The notes below the pieces were generated by a model that worked only from the letters and a program-made list of their open reading frames with translations, was not told the DNA's origin and did no database searches. The position numbers and the translations under genes are program-made. From an uncultured Acidobacteriota bacterium (GTDB taxonomy: Bacteria; Acidobacteriota; Terriglobia; UBA7540), in contig CAWDSK010000006.1 in the NCBI GenBank assembly GCA_963804995.1, forward strand, positions 992,001-1,056,000: DNA of 64,000 nt, read 5' to 3'. Shown in pieces: positions 9,408 through 19,394 of this stretch; the stretch's first letter is position 1, and each line of letters begins with the position of its first letter.

Positions 9408-12400
9408 TCATTGGACGGTCACGCTCACGGTTGCCGAATGCGAGAAATTTCCAACCGACCCAACTACCATGACGTTATAAGTACCTGCAGGCGTGCCCGT
9501 CGGATTCACATAAGCCGTACCTCCACCTCCACAAGCCGCGAGGCCCGTCAAGAGGAGCAAGGTGAGAGCCAAAGCCACCGTGGCCCAGCGCAAGCGGTTC
9601 TTCCGCACCATGCTCCATAACCCCATTAAAGCCGCCAACATCAACCAGACCTCCAGGCGCAGGGCCAACCCCGGCCCCTGCGGCCAGGGATGGCCACCGG
9701 GCGGGACAGCGGTGCGTCGCGTGGTGCGGATCACCATAGTGGAAGTCGCCGGACTGACACCATTCAGCGTCGGTGCGGAGGGCGAGGCCGCGCAAGTCGC
9801 TGCCCCGGGTAGACCACTGCAACTGAGCGTCACCTGGGCGTTGTACCCGAACAGGGGGGTCAACGTCACGGTGAGGTTGGTGGAATTCCCGGCCACCACC
9901 GTGACCGTTGTGGGAGTCACCGCCAAGCTGAAATCAGAACCGGAACCGCCCAGAGAGACCACTTGCGGGCTGTTAGGGGCATTGTCCGTGATGGTTAAGG
10001 TCCCCGTCCGCGTACCGACCGCCGTGGGGGTGAACAAGACGCTAATCGTGCAGGTGTTTCCGGCTGCAAGGCTCTGCGGACAGGTGTTGGTCTGGGAAAA
10101 GTCGCCCGTGACGGCAATGTTGGAGATGGTCAAGGGAGACGCCCCGGTGCTCGTCAGGGTAACCGTTTGAGCAGCGCTCGTGGTGCCCGAGGATTGGGAA
10201 CCAAATGTCAAACTGGAAGTCGAAACGGAAGCTCCAGGCTGGATGACTCCTGTGCCGGTTAGCAGCACGATCTGAGGGCTATTGGAAGCGTTGTCGGTAA
10301 GGGTGAGCGACCCCACACTCGTGCCCGGCGCACTGGGCGTGAAAATGACGGTGATCGTGCAATTCGACGGCGGTGAAGTAGGTTGGAGAGGCGCCCCACA
10401 GGCGTTGGTCTTAACCGCAAAATCACCGCTCGCAATCACGCTGGTTATGTTCAGCGCCGCCGTACCGGTGTTGGTCACCGTAAGGTACTGGGGCGCGCTG
10501 GCCACATTGACGGCTTGATTACCAAAAGGCAGGCTGGTGGCTGACAGGACGACCGTGGGCAATGTCCCGCCCGTGCCTGACAAATCCACTACCTGCGTGC
10601 TGTTGGGAGCGGGCAGGTTATCCGTAATCGTGATATGGGCCGTGCGGGTTCCCACCGCTTGAGGAGTGAAGGTCACAGTAATAGTACACTGACCCAAAGC
10701 GGGCACGGAACCGTCGCACGTATTATTCTGTGAAAAATCACTGGTGTCGGCGCCCGTGAGCACAATACTGGAGATCGTCAGTGCCGTGTTTCCGCCGTTG
10801 GTGAGGGTTACGGTCTGGGAGGGCACACTCGTCGTATTGACCGCCTGGATGGGGAAGGTCAGACCCGCCGGACTGAGCTCAACTCCGCCCGAAGGGACGA
10901 TTTTCGATATAAAGGCATCGCAGTTACCTCCCGGGGTAGCCTGCAAGGGGTTCGCAAGGGGGAAGTCCAGGGAACACGTTTCCCCCGTAACGTACGCTCC
11001 GCCATTAACATCGATCGCAATGCCCGCGCCGGTATCCGTGTTGCTGCCGCCGAGGAAAGTGGAGTAAACCAACGAAGCGCCTGTCGGGTTCAGTTCGGTG
11101 ACAAACGCATCGGCGTTCCCGCCGCCAAAGTTGGGCTGAAAGACCGCACCATGGATTGGGAAATTGGTGGAAACCGTCGAGCCGGTCACATAAGCGTTTC
11201 CACTGCTGTTGACAGCAATGCCCGCCGCCGAGTCAGCAAGGGAGCCACCCAGATAGGTGAAATAGACGAGCGAGGCCGCACCACTCAAGGTGGGATTGAA
11301 CTTGGCCACCATGGCGTCGCCCTCGCAAACGCCCAAGGTGTCAAGCGCACAGTCGGCCTGAAACGCTCCTGCCGGCGCCGTAAACCCCAGGCTGCTGGCG
11401 ATGGAGGTCGTGCCCCCCGCGACATAGGCGTTGCCACTTGCGTCCACCGCGACACTGTTGCCTTGATCCAGCCCGCTGCCACCCAGGTAGGTTGAGTAAA
11501 GCAGGGAAGACTGCCCCGTGCCGTTCGTGTTGACTTTGCTCAGGAAGGCGTCACCTGCTCCGGCATACACGTTCTGCAAGGGTGCATGCGGTGAGGTGTA
11601 AGTTATCGTATCGGTGAGGGGAAAGTTGGATGAATAGGTAAGGCCGGTAGCATAGGCATTCGCGTGGGTATCAACCGCAATGCCATACCCGACGTCTTCG
11701 TTGCTACCGCCGAGATAGCTGGAATAGAGGATTCCGGAACCTGTGGCCGAAATTTTGGTGAGGAAAGCGTTCGTGCTTCCCCCCCGAACGTCGCTTGAAA
11801 ACCCCCGACAATAGGAAAGGGGGGTGGAGGTAGAAGAGGCGCTACAATTGTAACCGTGGGAGTAATGTTTGCAGTGGTCGCGCCCGTTACATAGGCGTTC
11901 AAATCGCCATCTACGGCGATTCCCCGGCCCTCAACGTCCTCGTAATACCCGAGATAACTGGAATAGACCAAGGCCGACCCGGCGATGTTCAGCTTGGTGA
12001 CGAAAGCGTTGGAGACAATCAAGCCCTGGGGATTCCACGTGGCGCCACATTTGCCGTCCCCACCGCACAGGGGGTCAAACGAACCTGCGGTTACGGGAAA
12101 ATTAGTTGAGAGGGTCGTACCAGTCACAAAAGCTTCGCCCGCGGCATCCACCGCAATCGCGTTCGCCACATCCTGACTCGTGCCGCCCAGATAGGTCGAA
12201 TACAACAACGTGGAACCGTCCGCGCTCAGCTTGGCAACAAACGCATCCTGAGGAAAATCGTAGGGTCCACCGACGTTGGGCTGCAAGGCGTGGGCCGTGG
12301 GGAAATCCGCTGAGAAGGTCCCCCCCGCAATGAACGCGGTACCATCCGGAGCTACTGCGATACCATTGGCATAATCGATGTTGCTTCCCCCGAGGTACGT

Positions 12401-13229
12401 TGAATACGCCAAGACAGGATCGATCACCAGAGGCTGGCGCGTGTCATACGGCGCCAGACGAAACGAGACCTGGTTCCGACCTTGCAAAACATAACGAACC
12501 GGAACGGGACGCTCAACTCCGCCTGCCTTTTGATAGGCCACCGGCTGGCGGAATTGCAGTTCTCCGCCTGCGACCTTCACCAGCAGGTCACCCTGAGCAT
12601 CCGTGCGCACGCCCTGGATGCCCTCCAGTACAAACCGGATCTTGCGCGCATCGGCATGGGGAGCAAGCTCAAAGTCATATTCAAGCTGGCCCTGGTTCCC
12701 GTGGTAAACAAGATCAATCCCCGGATAGACGCCCGATGCGGCAACCCGTCCATAATTGGGAACCCCGGTGCGCCACTGGGAGGGGATCCTTTCCGATGAA
12801 GTAATTGCTCTTGCCAGGCTGCTCGTCCAGCGCCTTCAGGTTTGGAACTGAAGCGCCCTTCGCAAGGCGCATCGTCACCACGGCCGAGGATACCTTTCCG
12901 GCGTTGCTTTGCTTCCCGTCCCCTTGCCGCAAGACCAGCACAGCTTTCGTCGAGGTCAGGAAAAGAGTGTAGGCGCTTCCACGGGAAACAAACTTTACTT
13001 CCTGCCCTTCCGGACCTTTGACTTGGCCAACGTTCTTCTCAAAACTCAGTGGCCTCTTCGCGGATGCTGCCCGGACCCGCGCTTCGGCGGGCACGTCGGA
13101 ACGAGGAAGGGCCGAAGCAGTGTCACCCTTGGCGTAGACAGCCGTGTTTCCAGCAGCCAGCCAAAGCAGAGTAAGACCCGCTAGTAGCGAGGCAACCCGT
13201 AACCTACCGGTTTTCTCAAATCTGTGCAT
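9408..13229 (-). CDS. Large surface protein with SBBP beta-propeller repeats and choice-of-anchor-D/ASH-type Ig-like repeats; two homopolymer frameshifts (~12783, ~11782)
   Basis: Signal peptide; PLSFEKNVGQ and SNYFIG; repeated YSTYLGG...GIAVD...AYVTG.T.S.FP; Ig repeats QTVTLTN.G...C.ITV.FTP; C-terminal TM plus CGGGG...GTPAGTY. ORFs 12714-13229, 11603-12610 and 9408-11579 join after one-base corrections in a C4 and a G7 run. Confidence 0.85.
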
Positions 13230-13736
13230 AGGATCTACCCATACCAGCTTTAGTGTCTGAATTTGACCCCTGCCCTCTCCAGCTTATGATGCGCTGGAAC
13301 CCAGGCCAGAATTGGCAATCCTGCGGCATCTTATTAGCAGGACTCCCGGCACTACAAATCTTTAACTTGTAAAACCAACTGCTCGGGTAACTCGAAGAAC
13401 CTGGCCAACTGCGTACTTGTCAATGCTTATTGTATGTACGATTCCTGCCAAATTGAACCGCGCAACTTCCTGGTTCCAGTTCGCAGGTTCAAACAATATG
13501 TGTGTGCACAGAATACACGAACTAAAACCCGTGCGCAATCACCTTCTTCTTTCACCTTCTTCTTTCGGAACCATCATTCGGAAAGGGTCATGCAGTTTGT
13601 CATTGGTACCGATCGTTTCGAACTGCCGGGCGGTCGCGCCTTAAGTGTCGATACAAGGAAAGAGCATCATTGGCTTTCTGGTGAGGGAGGTCGGTTGGCG
13701 CAGAGCGAAGCTCTGCGTCTGGAGTTTCTACATTTA

Positions 13737-15116
13737 TTATGCATCAGCGGCGTGGGTGAGGGCGCGGTCGGTGAGTTGGAAGCCCAGAGATTGGGGACAT
13801 TCCGGGTGGTCGACCATTTCTTGGTGCAGCAGGGTGACGAGGTCGAGGCAGGAAGGGCGGTGGGCCTTGCGTCGCCACCGGGGCAGAGCCTGATAGGCCG
13901 TGCCACGCTCGGTGCCGAAGGCTTGGAGAGAAGCCAGGAGCAGCGCGCTGTAGGCGGCCACGACCAGGGCAGGTTGCTTGGGCACGGCGTTAACGTTCCA
14001 TAACTGGGCTTGTCCGACACCCAGCGTCTCCTTCTCGTCGCGGTGGTTGACTTCGATCTGCCAGCGGTCGAAGTAGATTTGCAGCAACTGAGGGGCAGAG
14101 TGCCGCAGGTCGGTGGTCAGCAGGTAGGCCGGTTGACGGTAGTAGAGTCTGGAGCTCTTCCGTTTGCGATAGGGGGTAGGAGCCACGACGAAGAGCCGCA
14201 GGGGGATCTGGCCGGCGCCCCGACGCCAGTAGACTTGCGACACCTCTTTATAACGGAGGCGGCGGCGCTTGCCTCCGTAGAAGAGCTTGGTTTGCTGCCA
14301 GAGGTGGGACTCGTCCTGCCGGACCTGTTCGGGGGTAAAGGTGGAGAGGGCGTAAAAGCGGCGAGAAGGCTGGGGAGCGCGAAAGCCGAGGCGCGCATCC
14401 TTGCGGGCGCGGGCGATCAACTCGGTGCGATCGCGGGGGGCGCGCAGACAGGTGCGGTTGCAGAAGCTGCCATCCAGAGCCAGCACCAGCAGCTTGGCCC
14501 CACCCCCGGCCGCATCCAGCGCCTGGCGCAAGGGGGCCACGCTCTGCACAAAACGCTGCGAGAGGTTGTGGAGCTTGCGCATCCTTTTATATTCCTGCCA
14601 GGCTTCCTCTTTCGCCTTGCGGGAGGGCTTTTTCAGCGGCGCCGCCTCTTCAAAGCGCACGGGCAGAGCGCGGCAGCTGGCGGGGGCGTGCCGATGCAGG
14701 GGCAGCAGCAGGGAAGCTTGCAGAAAGCGCACGCCGCGCAGGAGGTTGACATGAAAGGGGGGCGAGAGGGGATCGCGGTGATAACGCGCCTGGGGAATGG
14801 CGCGGCCGGTCTTGCGCAGGCGGGTGTCGTCGACGGCCACGCCCACCAGGCGGCCGGGACAATAGGGCAAGGCGCGGCGCCAGACGCCGGCAAACAACGT
14901 CTGCGGTTCCCAGTGACAACGCGAGTGGAGAAAGTATTCGCTCGACCAACTGCGCTGCTGGCGGCCCTGGGTCCAGAGGATACGCGAAAGACAGCGTCGA
15001 CCCACGCAGACCAAGGCGCCCAGGGCCTGGCGCACGGCGCGCTGCAGGGTGCGCTGCTGGGGAAAAGTGGGGGCCCAGTCCGCCACGATCTCCGACCAGG
15101 CGGCGAACAGAGTCAT
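13737..15116 (-). CDS. DDE transposase (IS4 superfamily, IS701/DDE_5-like)
   Basis: VAVDDTRLRKTG, LALDGSF and YFDRWQIEVNHRDEK (Y-2-R-3-E-6-K motif). Confidence 0.9.
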   Translation of the reverse strand: MTLFAAWSEIVADWAPTFPQQRTLQRAVRQALGALVCVGRRCLSRILWTQGRQQRSWSSEYFLHSRCHWEPQTLFAGVWRRALPYCPGRLVGVAVDDTRLRKTGRAIPQARYHRDPLSPPFHVNLLRGVRFLQASLLLPLHRHAPASCRALPVRFEEAAPLKKPSRKAKEEAWQEYKRMRKLHNLSQRFVQSVAPLRQALDAAGGGAKLLVLALDGSFCNRTCLRAPRDRTELIARARKDARLGFRAPQPSRRFYALSTFTPEQVRQDESHLWQQTKLFYGGKRRRLRYKEVSQVYWRRGAGQIPLRLFVVAPTPYRKRKSSRLYYRQPAYLLTTDLRHSAPQLLQIYFDRWQIEVNHRDEKETLGVGQAQLWNVNAVPKQPALVVAAYSALLLASLQAFGTERGTAYQALPRWRRKAHRPSCLDLVTLLHQEMVDHPECPQSLGFQLTDRALTHAADA

Positions 15117-15448
15117 CGGGCCTCCGGACGTAAGCCGAAAGTGTTCTTCCCGGTACGCAGGAAGCGATCGCCGCGGGCGACTTTTTTGGTCAGCGAAGAG
15201 ACCAGGCTCTCGCGATCGACGGTGACGTGGAAGGCGGCGCGGAGGTGCGCCAGGAGTTCGGAAATGTGCAAGGGGGTACGGGCCTTCTTGAGTATGTCGT
15301 ACGCCATGTCCACTTGGGACAGACCTGTGCGGCGCGGCCTCGGGGCGGGGGCTGGGGAACCGCCGCGGAGACGGCGAACCGCCCGCAACTGGGCATCCAG
15401 TGAGGCCTCGAATATCGAAAGAATGGAATCCTTGAGATCGTCAGGCAA
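15113..15448 (-). CDS. Small winged-helix protein (HARE-HTH-like) inside the IS
   Basis: GGAGG RBS before TTG; AYDILKKARTPLHISEL...SLVSSLTK...RFLRTGKNTFGL; stop overlaps the transposase start (ATGA). Confidence 0.7.
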   Translation of the reverse strand: MPDDLKDSILSIFEASLDAQLRAVRRLRGGSPAPAPRPRRTGLSQVDMAYDILKKARTPLHISELLAHLRAAFHVTVDRESLVSSLTKKVARGDRFLRTGKNTFGLRPEAR

Positions 15449-15655
15449 GTTAACCTCCGGAGCCAGGACTCAGGAGGAAGGTAACGGAAATCAGGTCGGT
15501 CTGTCAATAGAAATCTTACTTTGCCAGACCTAAATGTAGAAACTCCAGGCGCAGAGCGAAGCTCTGCGTTGTTGTGCGCAAGGTGGGGAGGCTCAGAGAC
15601 GTGAGTCGCAGAGCTGTGCTCTGCGCCACCCGGCCAGCCGCATCCAATTTCATGA

Positions 15656-15980
15656 GCCCCAAAGGGGCGAAATAACAAAGCCCAGGCCAACGGCCGGGTT
15701 TAGATTATCCGCCGATTTTCCCCCAGCCCTGAAAGGGCGAGATACGCGTTTCCCCATGCCGCAATCGCTTTCCCCACTCTACGTAACACAACAAGAAACC
15801 CACCACCGCGTGGTCAGCGGAATTCCGGAAGCTGCTGGACGCGCACGGAATCGCCTACGACGAACGGTACGTGGGGGATTGAAAAGGATTGTTCCACCCC
15901 TTCAGGGCTCGGGTATCGGTTTGGGTCCCGCTGACCCAGGCCGTTGGCCGGGCTTCGTTAGTTCGCCCCTTTGGGGCTCA
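15656..15980 (+). mobile_element. Internally deleted derivative of the IS200-like Y1 transposase element
   Basis: Flanking palindromes AGCCCCAAAGGGGCG...CGCCCCTTTGGGGCT. The sequence joins the first codons (MPQSLS) to the last part (GIAYDERYV) of the tnpA at 35090. Confidence 0.85.
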
Positions 15981-16327
15981 AAAACCTGGGCTTCGTTAGA
16001 TCGGTTCCCTCCCCTCGGAGAGGGCGGTTACTCAAGGTAAGGTGCGGCGCCGTAGCCACCCTGAGATCATAGCCTTCTCCCCAGGGGAGTCCGATTGCTG
16101 GACCCCGATGGGGTCCATCGGAACCCAGACATCGGGGAAGGTGGCCGGCTGGCGCAGGGCGAGCGCAGCCCTGCGATTGTAGTGCGGTCTGATGACGTGA
16201 ATCGCAGAGCTGCGCTCTGATGTTATGAAAGCGGCGATGCCTCCTCGGGTGCCGCTAAACTGGAGGTGGTCCAGTTTAGCGGGCCCTCGGGTTCAGACCG
16301 AGAGTTTTGCATCGAGGAGACAAAGCG

Positions 16328-17429
16328 ATGAAGAAGAGTATAACGCCCATTGGAACGCCGGTGGGAGTGGATGTTCACAAGCGTCGTTGCAAGGTGGTGG
16401 AGCTTGATCACGGAGAGATTAAGGCACGGAAGTCGATGGCCAACACGCGGGAGGAGTGGCTGGAGATGTTGACGGAACTTCCTCCCGACGCCGAGATCGG
16501 CCTGGAGGTGAGCACGGCAGGCTACTTTGCCATGAGCGTGCTGGAAGAGGCGGGGTGGCGAGAGCGCGCGCACTGGGTGCACACGGCGGGGATCGACAGC
16601 AACCGCCGGCAGAAGAATGATCGTTTAGATGCCGAGCGGCTGGCGCGCAAGCTGGCCGCGCACCATCTGGATCCGCTGCCGGAGGCGTGGTTTCCGCCGC
16701 CGGAGATTCGCGCCCTGCGTCTGCGCGCACGCCAGCGCTGCTGGTTGGCCCTGCTGCGCACGCAAAGCCAAGAATCACCTGCAAAGCTTGCTGGGGATGC
16801 ATGGCTTGCAGGCGCCGGGGACCGACCCGTTCGGAGCGGCCGGGGAGAAGTGGCTGGCGGAACAGACCTTGCCGATGCCCTTGGCCGAAAGTATCCCTCA
16901 GATCCAACGCCTGCTGCAGTTCCTGGAGGAGGAGATCGAAATCAGCGAGAAGTACTTGCAGGCGGTGGACGGACAATTCCCCGAGTTGGCGCTGCTGCGC
17001 ACAATCCCCGGCATCGGCCCCATCCTGTCCCCGGTGATTTGGAGTGAGATCGGCACGATCGAGCGGTTTCGTTCCGCCAAGGCCTTGGCCAACGATACGG
17101 GGCTGGTCTCCAGCTTTTACGACAGCGGGGAAGTGAAGGTGTCGGGTCCCATCACCCGCCAGGGATCGCGCTGGCTGCGCTGGGCCTTCGTCACCGCCGC
17201 CAATGTCGCCATTCAATACCGCAATCCTTTCGCGCGGCGCTACCACCGCCTGCGCCGCAGCAAGAAACCCAACGTGGCCAAGGCCGCCATCGCGCACTCC
17301 TTGGCGCGTTGTGCGTATGGAGTTTTGAAGCACGGCTGCCCTTATCGGGAAGACCGTTGGGGCCGCCAAGTCGGCGTACTGGAGCAGGAAGCCCGTGCTG
17401 GCGCTAGGTACACCAAGACCGCGCTCTGA
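16328..17429 (+). CDS. IS110 recombinase/transposase; frameshift near 16765
   Basis: N-terminal VGVDVHK and KNDRLDA (DEDD domain); C-terminal LRTIPGIG...GLV....SG..ITRQGSRWLRWA; GAGGAG RBS; one extra A in CAAAGCC. Confidence 0.9.
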
Positions 17430-17530
17430 TAGGGACCTGCTCCCGAACAACCTCATGGGGACCAGGGCAACCTGGCTAGCCCGTAGAGATGAAAGGGACC
17501 GAACCGACTCGGCAAACTCGCATGGCAAGA
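17390..17530 (+). ncRNA. Putative bridge RNA/seekRNA of the IS1111-type element (boundaries approximate)
   Basis: GCTGGCGC (17397) is the reverse complement of the right target; GCGCTCTG (17421) equals the left target plus core; ACAACCTCAT (17447) matches the reverse complement of the donor junction at 8/10; AGAGATGA (17485) equals the donor junction. Confidence 0.65.
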
Positions 17531-18091
17531 GCAAGAACCCAACGCCCACGGGGCCGTGCTTCATCCCCGGCAGGCGGCGGGGAGCCAACCCTTCCCGCCC
17601 CCCGGGCTCTACATAAAGGAGGAACGACTATAACTTGGAATAATCCTATGAGATAATACGTACAGAATGGCAGCCGACGGCGAAGTCGGCAACCCGCCAC
17701 TTTGCCGAAGGGGTACGGCGCGTTTTTCAGGCATGGGGAAGCTGTGCCCAGAGCTTAGGAGGGGGGCGACCGCAGGCCGCCCCGGCATCGTTTCCATCAG
17801 CCTCCGACCGGCTATTCCTCAGCGGGTTGCTCGCCAGCAGAGCCCGCCTCCGCTTCACCGGCTGCAGGCCATTCTGAAGTCGAAGGGAGAAGTTTGTCAA
17901 AGGCGAATAAGAAATTCAAAAAATCGGCTTGACACGGCATCGCGGTTTCAGAGATGCGCCAGCCGGCCAAAAGAGAGGGCAGAGAACCACGGTCGGTAGG
18001 CTTCAAAAAAGAGTGGGTCAAGGAAGGGTCAAGGACAGGGTCAAGGAAGTCGCAAGCCATAAATGAGAGCTTGTGGTAATATGCGCCGGTC

Positions 18092-18682
18092 ATGGGACTT
18101 AAAAGCATTCCCCAGGAAGTCCGCGACAGATTTCGCATTGAGGAACGCGGACACGCTTCTGCCATCCTCGCGAGCGATTACCCGAACGAGTTTAAGGACC
18201 TCGTGGAGTGTCTCGGTGCGTTCTCTTTGAAGCGCAGCCATATCATGAACCCAGGTGGGGGAAGATCACAGATTCCAGAGATGATTGACGGATTTCTTCG
18301 CGAGCGGGGGTGGGGAGAGAAATCGTTCGATATTGCGATCACCGTGGACGGCAGACCAGTTCCGATCCCGACTCACAAGATCGACAATTTCAAAAATGAG
18401 GTGGGGGTGGAAGTGGAGTGGAACAACAAGACAGAGTTTTACGACCGCGACCTTAATAACTTCCGGCTACTGAAAGAACTTCGGGTGCTTGCGGTTGGGG
18501 TCATCATCACCCGATTGAGCGAGTTGAGGACATTGTTTACGCAGCTTGGAGAGTGGCACAAATACGGAACGACATCGACGCATTGGGACAAACTCATACC
18601 GAAGGTAGATGGAGGCGGCGCTGGGGGCTGCCCGCTTCTACTGGTGGGGATTGGAGAGGCTTGTTACGATCCCCATTCGTAG
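18092..18682 (+). CDS. BglII/BstYI-family type II restriction endonuclease
   Basis: THKIDNFKNEVGVEVEWNNK..FYDRDL.NF and GGAGGCPLLLVGI; paired with an MTase. Confidence 0.8.
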   Translation: MGLKSIPQEVRDRFRIEERGHASAILASDYPNEFKDLVECLGAFSLKRSHIMNPGGGRSQIPEMIDGFLRERGWGEKSFDIAITVDGRPVPIPTHKIDNFKNEVGVEVEWNNKTEFYDRDLNNFRLLKELRVLAVGVIITRLSELRTLFTQLGEWHKYGTTSTHWDKLIPKVDGGGAGGCPLLLVGIGEACYDPHS

Positions 18683-19271
18683 CCCACGCATACGCCTTGT
18701 ACGGAGGAGGCTCGTAACTATCCAATTCGTCACCCCATTGGGTCCAGCCGCGCACCCGGCAGCGACCGAAAAGCTCACAATACGGTCCAGGGCTGCAACG
18801 CTCGATGATGTCGTAAAGCGCTTCTGGTTTCTTGGAGTGCTCCTGCTTTCGAGTGACGATAACGTTGACCTGGCTTCTCCCTGGCGCGAGCGTCCGCATA
18901 CGGCCCTTGATGCCGAATAGAACCAACTCGGTCACGTTGCGGAAGTAGAATCCGACGCCGCGGCCGTCCGGCCCTCCATCCTTACGGACTTTGTACCAAA
19001 CGATGTTCGTCTTGTACGTGAATCCCCACGCCTTCATAATGCCAAGGGCCTCGGCCACAAGCGCGTTGGGGCACCACAGATAAAGGTGGCTCTTTTCAGC
19101 GGCGATTTTACCGACTGGCAGGGCAGCAATCTCCTCGAAAGAAAGCGTCTCGTAGCGATGAAGCCGCTTATGCTCCGGGGCCATCTTTCCCGTACGGTTG
19201 GCGAAACGCCAAGGAGGATCAATCAGGATCGTACCGTATTTGCCCTGCACAGCCTCTAAAAGGCTTTGCAC
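18594..19271 (-). CDS. MT-A70 family adenine methyltransferase
   Basis: ILIDPPW, HLYLW, WGFTYKTNIVWYK, FRNVTELVLFG, EHSKKP and ELFGR. Confidence 0.9.
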   Translation of the reverse strand: MQSLLEAVQGKYGTILIDPPWRFANRTGKMAPEHKRLHRYETLSFEEIAALPVGKIAAEKSHLYLWCPNALVAEALGIMKAWGFTYKTNIVWYKVRKDGGPDGRGVGFYFRNVTELVLFGIKGRMRTLAPGRSQVNVIVTRKQEHSKKPEALYDIIERCSPGPYCELFGRCRVRGWTQWGDELDSYEPPPYKAYAWATNGDRNKPLQSPPVEAGSPQRRLHLPSV

Positions 19272-19394
19272 TTCTTCTCCCCCTAAAAAGTTTCGCCGCT
19301 ATCCCTAACTCGGCTGGAGAATATTCGATCTCGTTGAGTTCGTCAAGAAAAAAGCGCAACCTGTTGTGTTCAATCACTGTAATTCATACAACAT

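Larger units (their letters stand above)
13719..15548 (-). mobile_element. Two-ORF insertion sequence (IS4/IS701-like DDE), 1830 bp, 18-bp perfect TIRs, 21-bp palindromic direct repeat
   Basis: TIRs CTGGAGTTTCTACATTTA (13719-13736) / TAAATGTAGAAACTCCAG (15531-15548); GCGCAGAGCGAAGCTCTGCGT at both 13698-13718 and 15549-15569. Confidence 0.9.
16220..17956 (+). mobile_element. IS110 family element, IS1111-type
   Basis: Subterminal imperfect IRs GAAAGCGGCGATGCC / GGCATCGCGGTTTC; TG core at 16218-16219 and 17955-17956; TTGACA at 17929 near the right end; long 3' non-coding end. Excision restores GCAGAGCTGCGCTCTG|CGCCAGCC, which resembles the intact repeat at 15608-15635. Confidence 0.8.

Noticed and set aside
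14010..15533. 507-aa plus-strand ORF
   Set aside because: Antisense shadow of the GC-rich transposase gene.
16740..16790. Programmed frameshift in the IS110 transposase
   Set aside because: No slippery heptamer, IS110 transposases are single-ORF, and the indel fits the window-wide error pattern.
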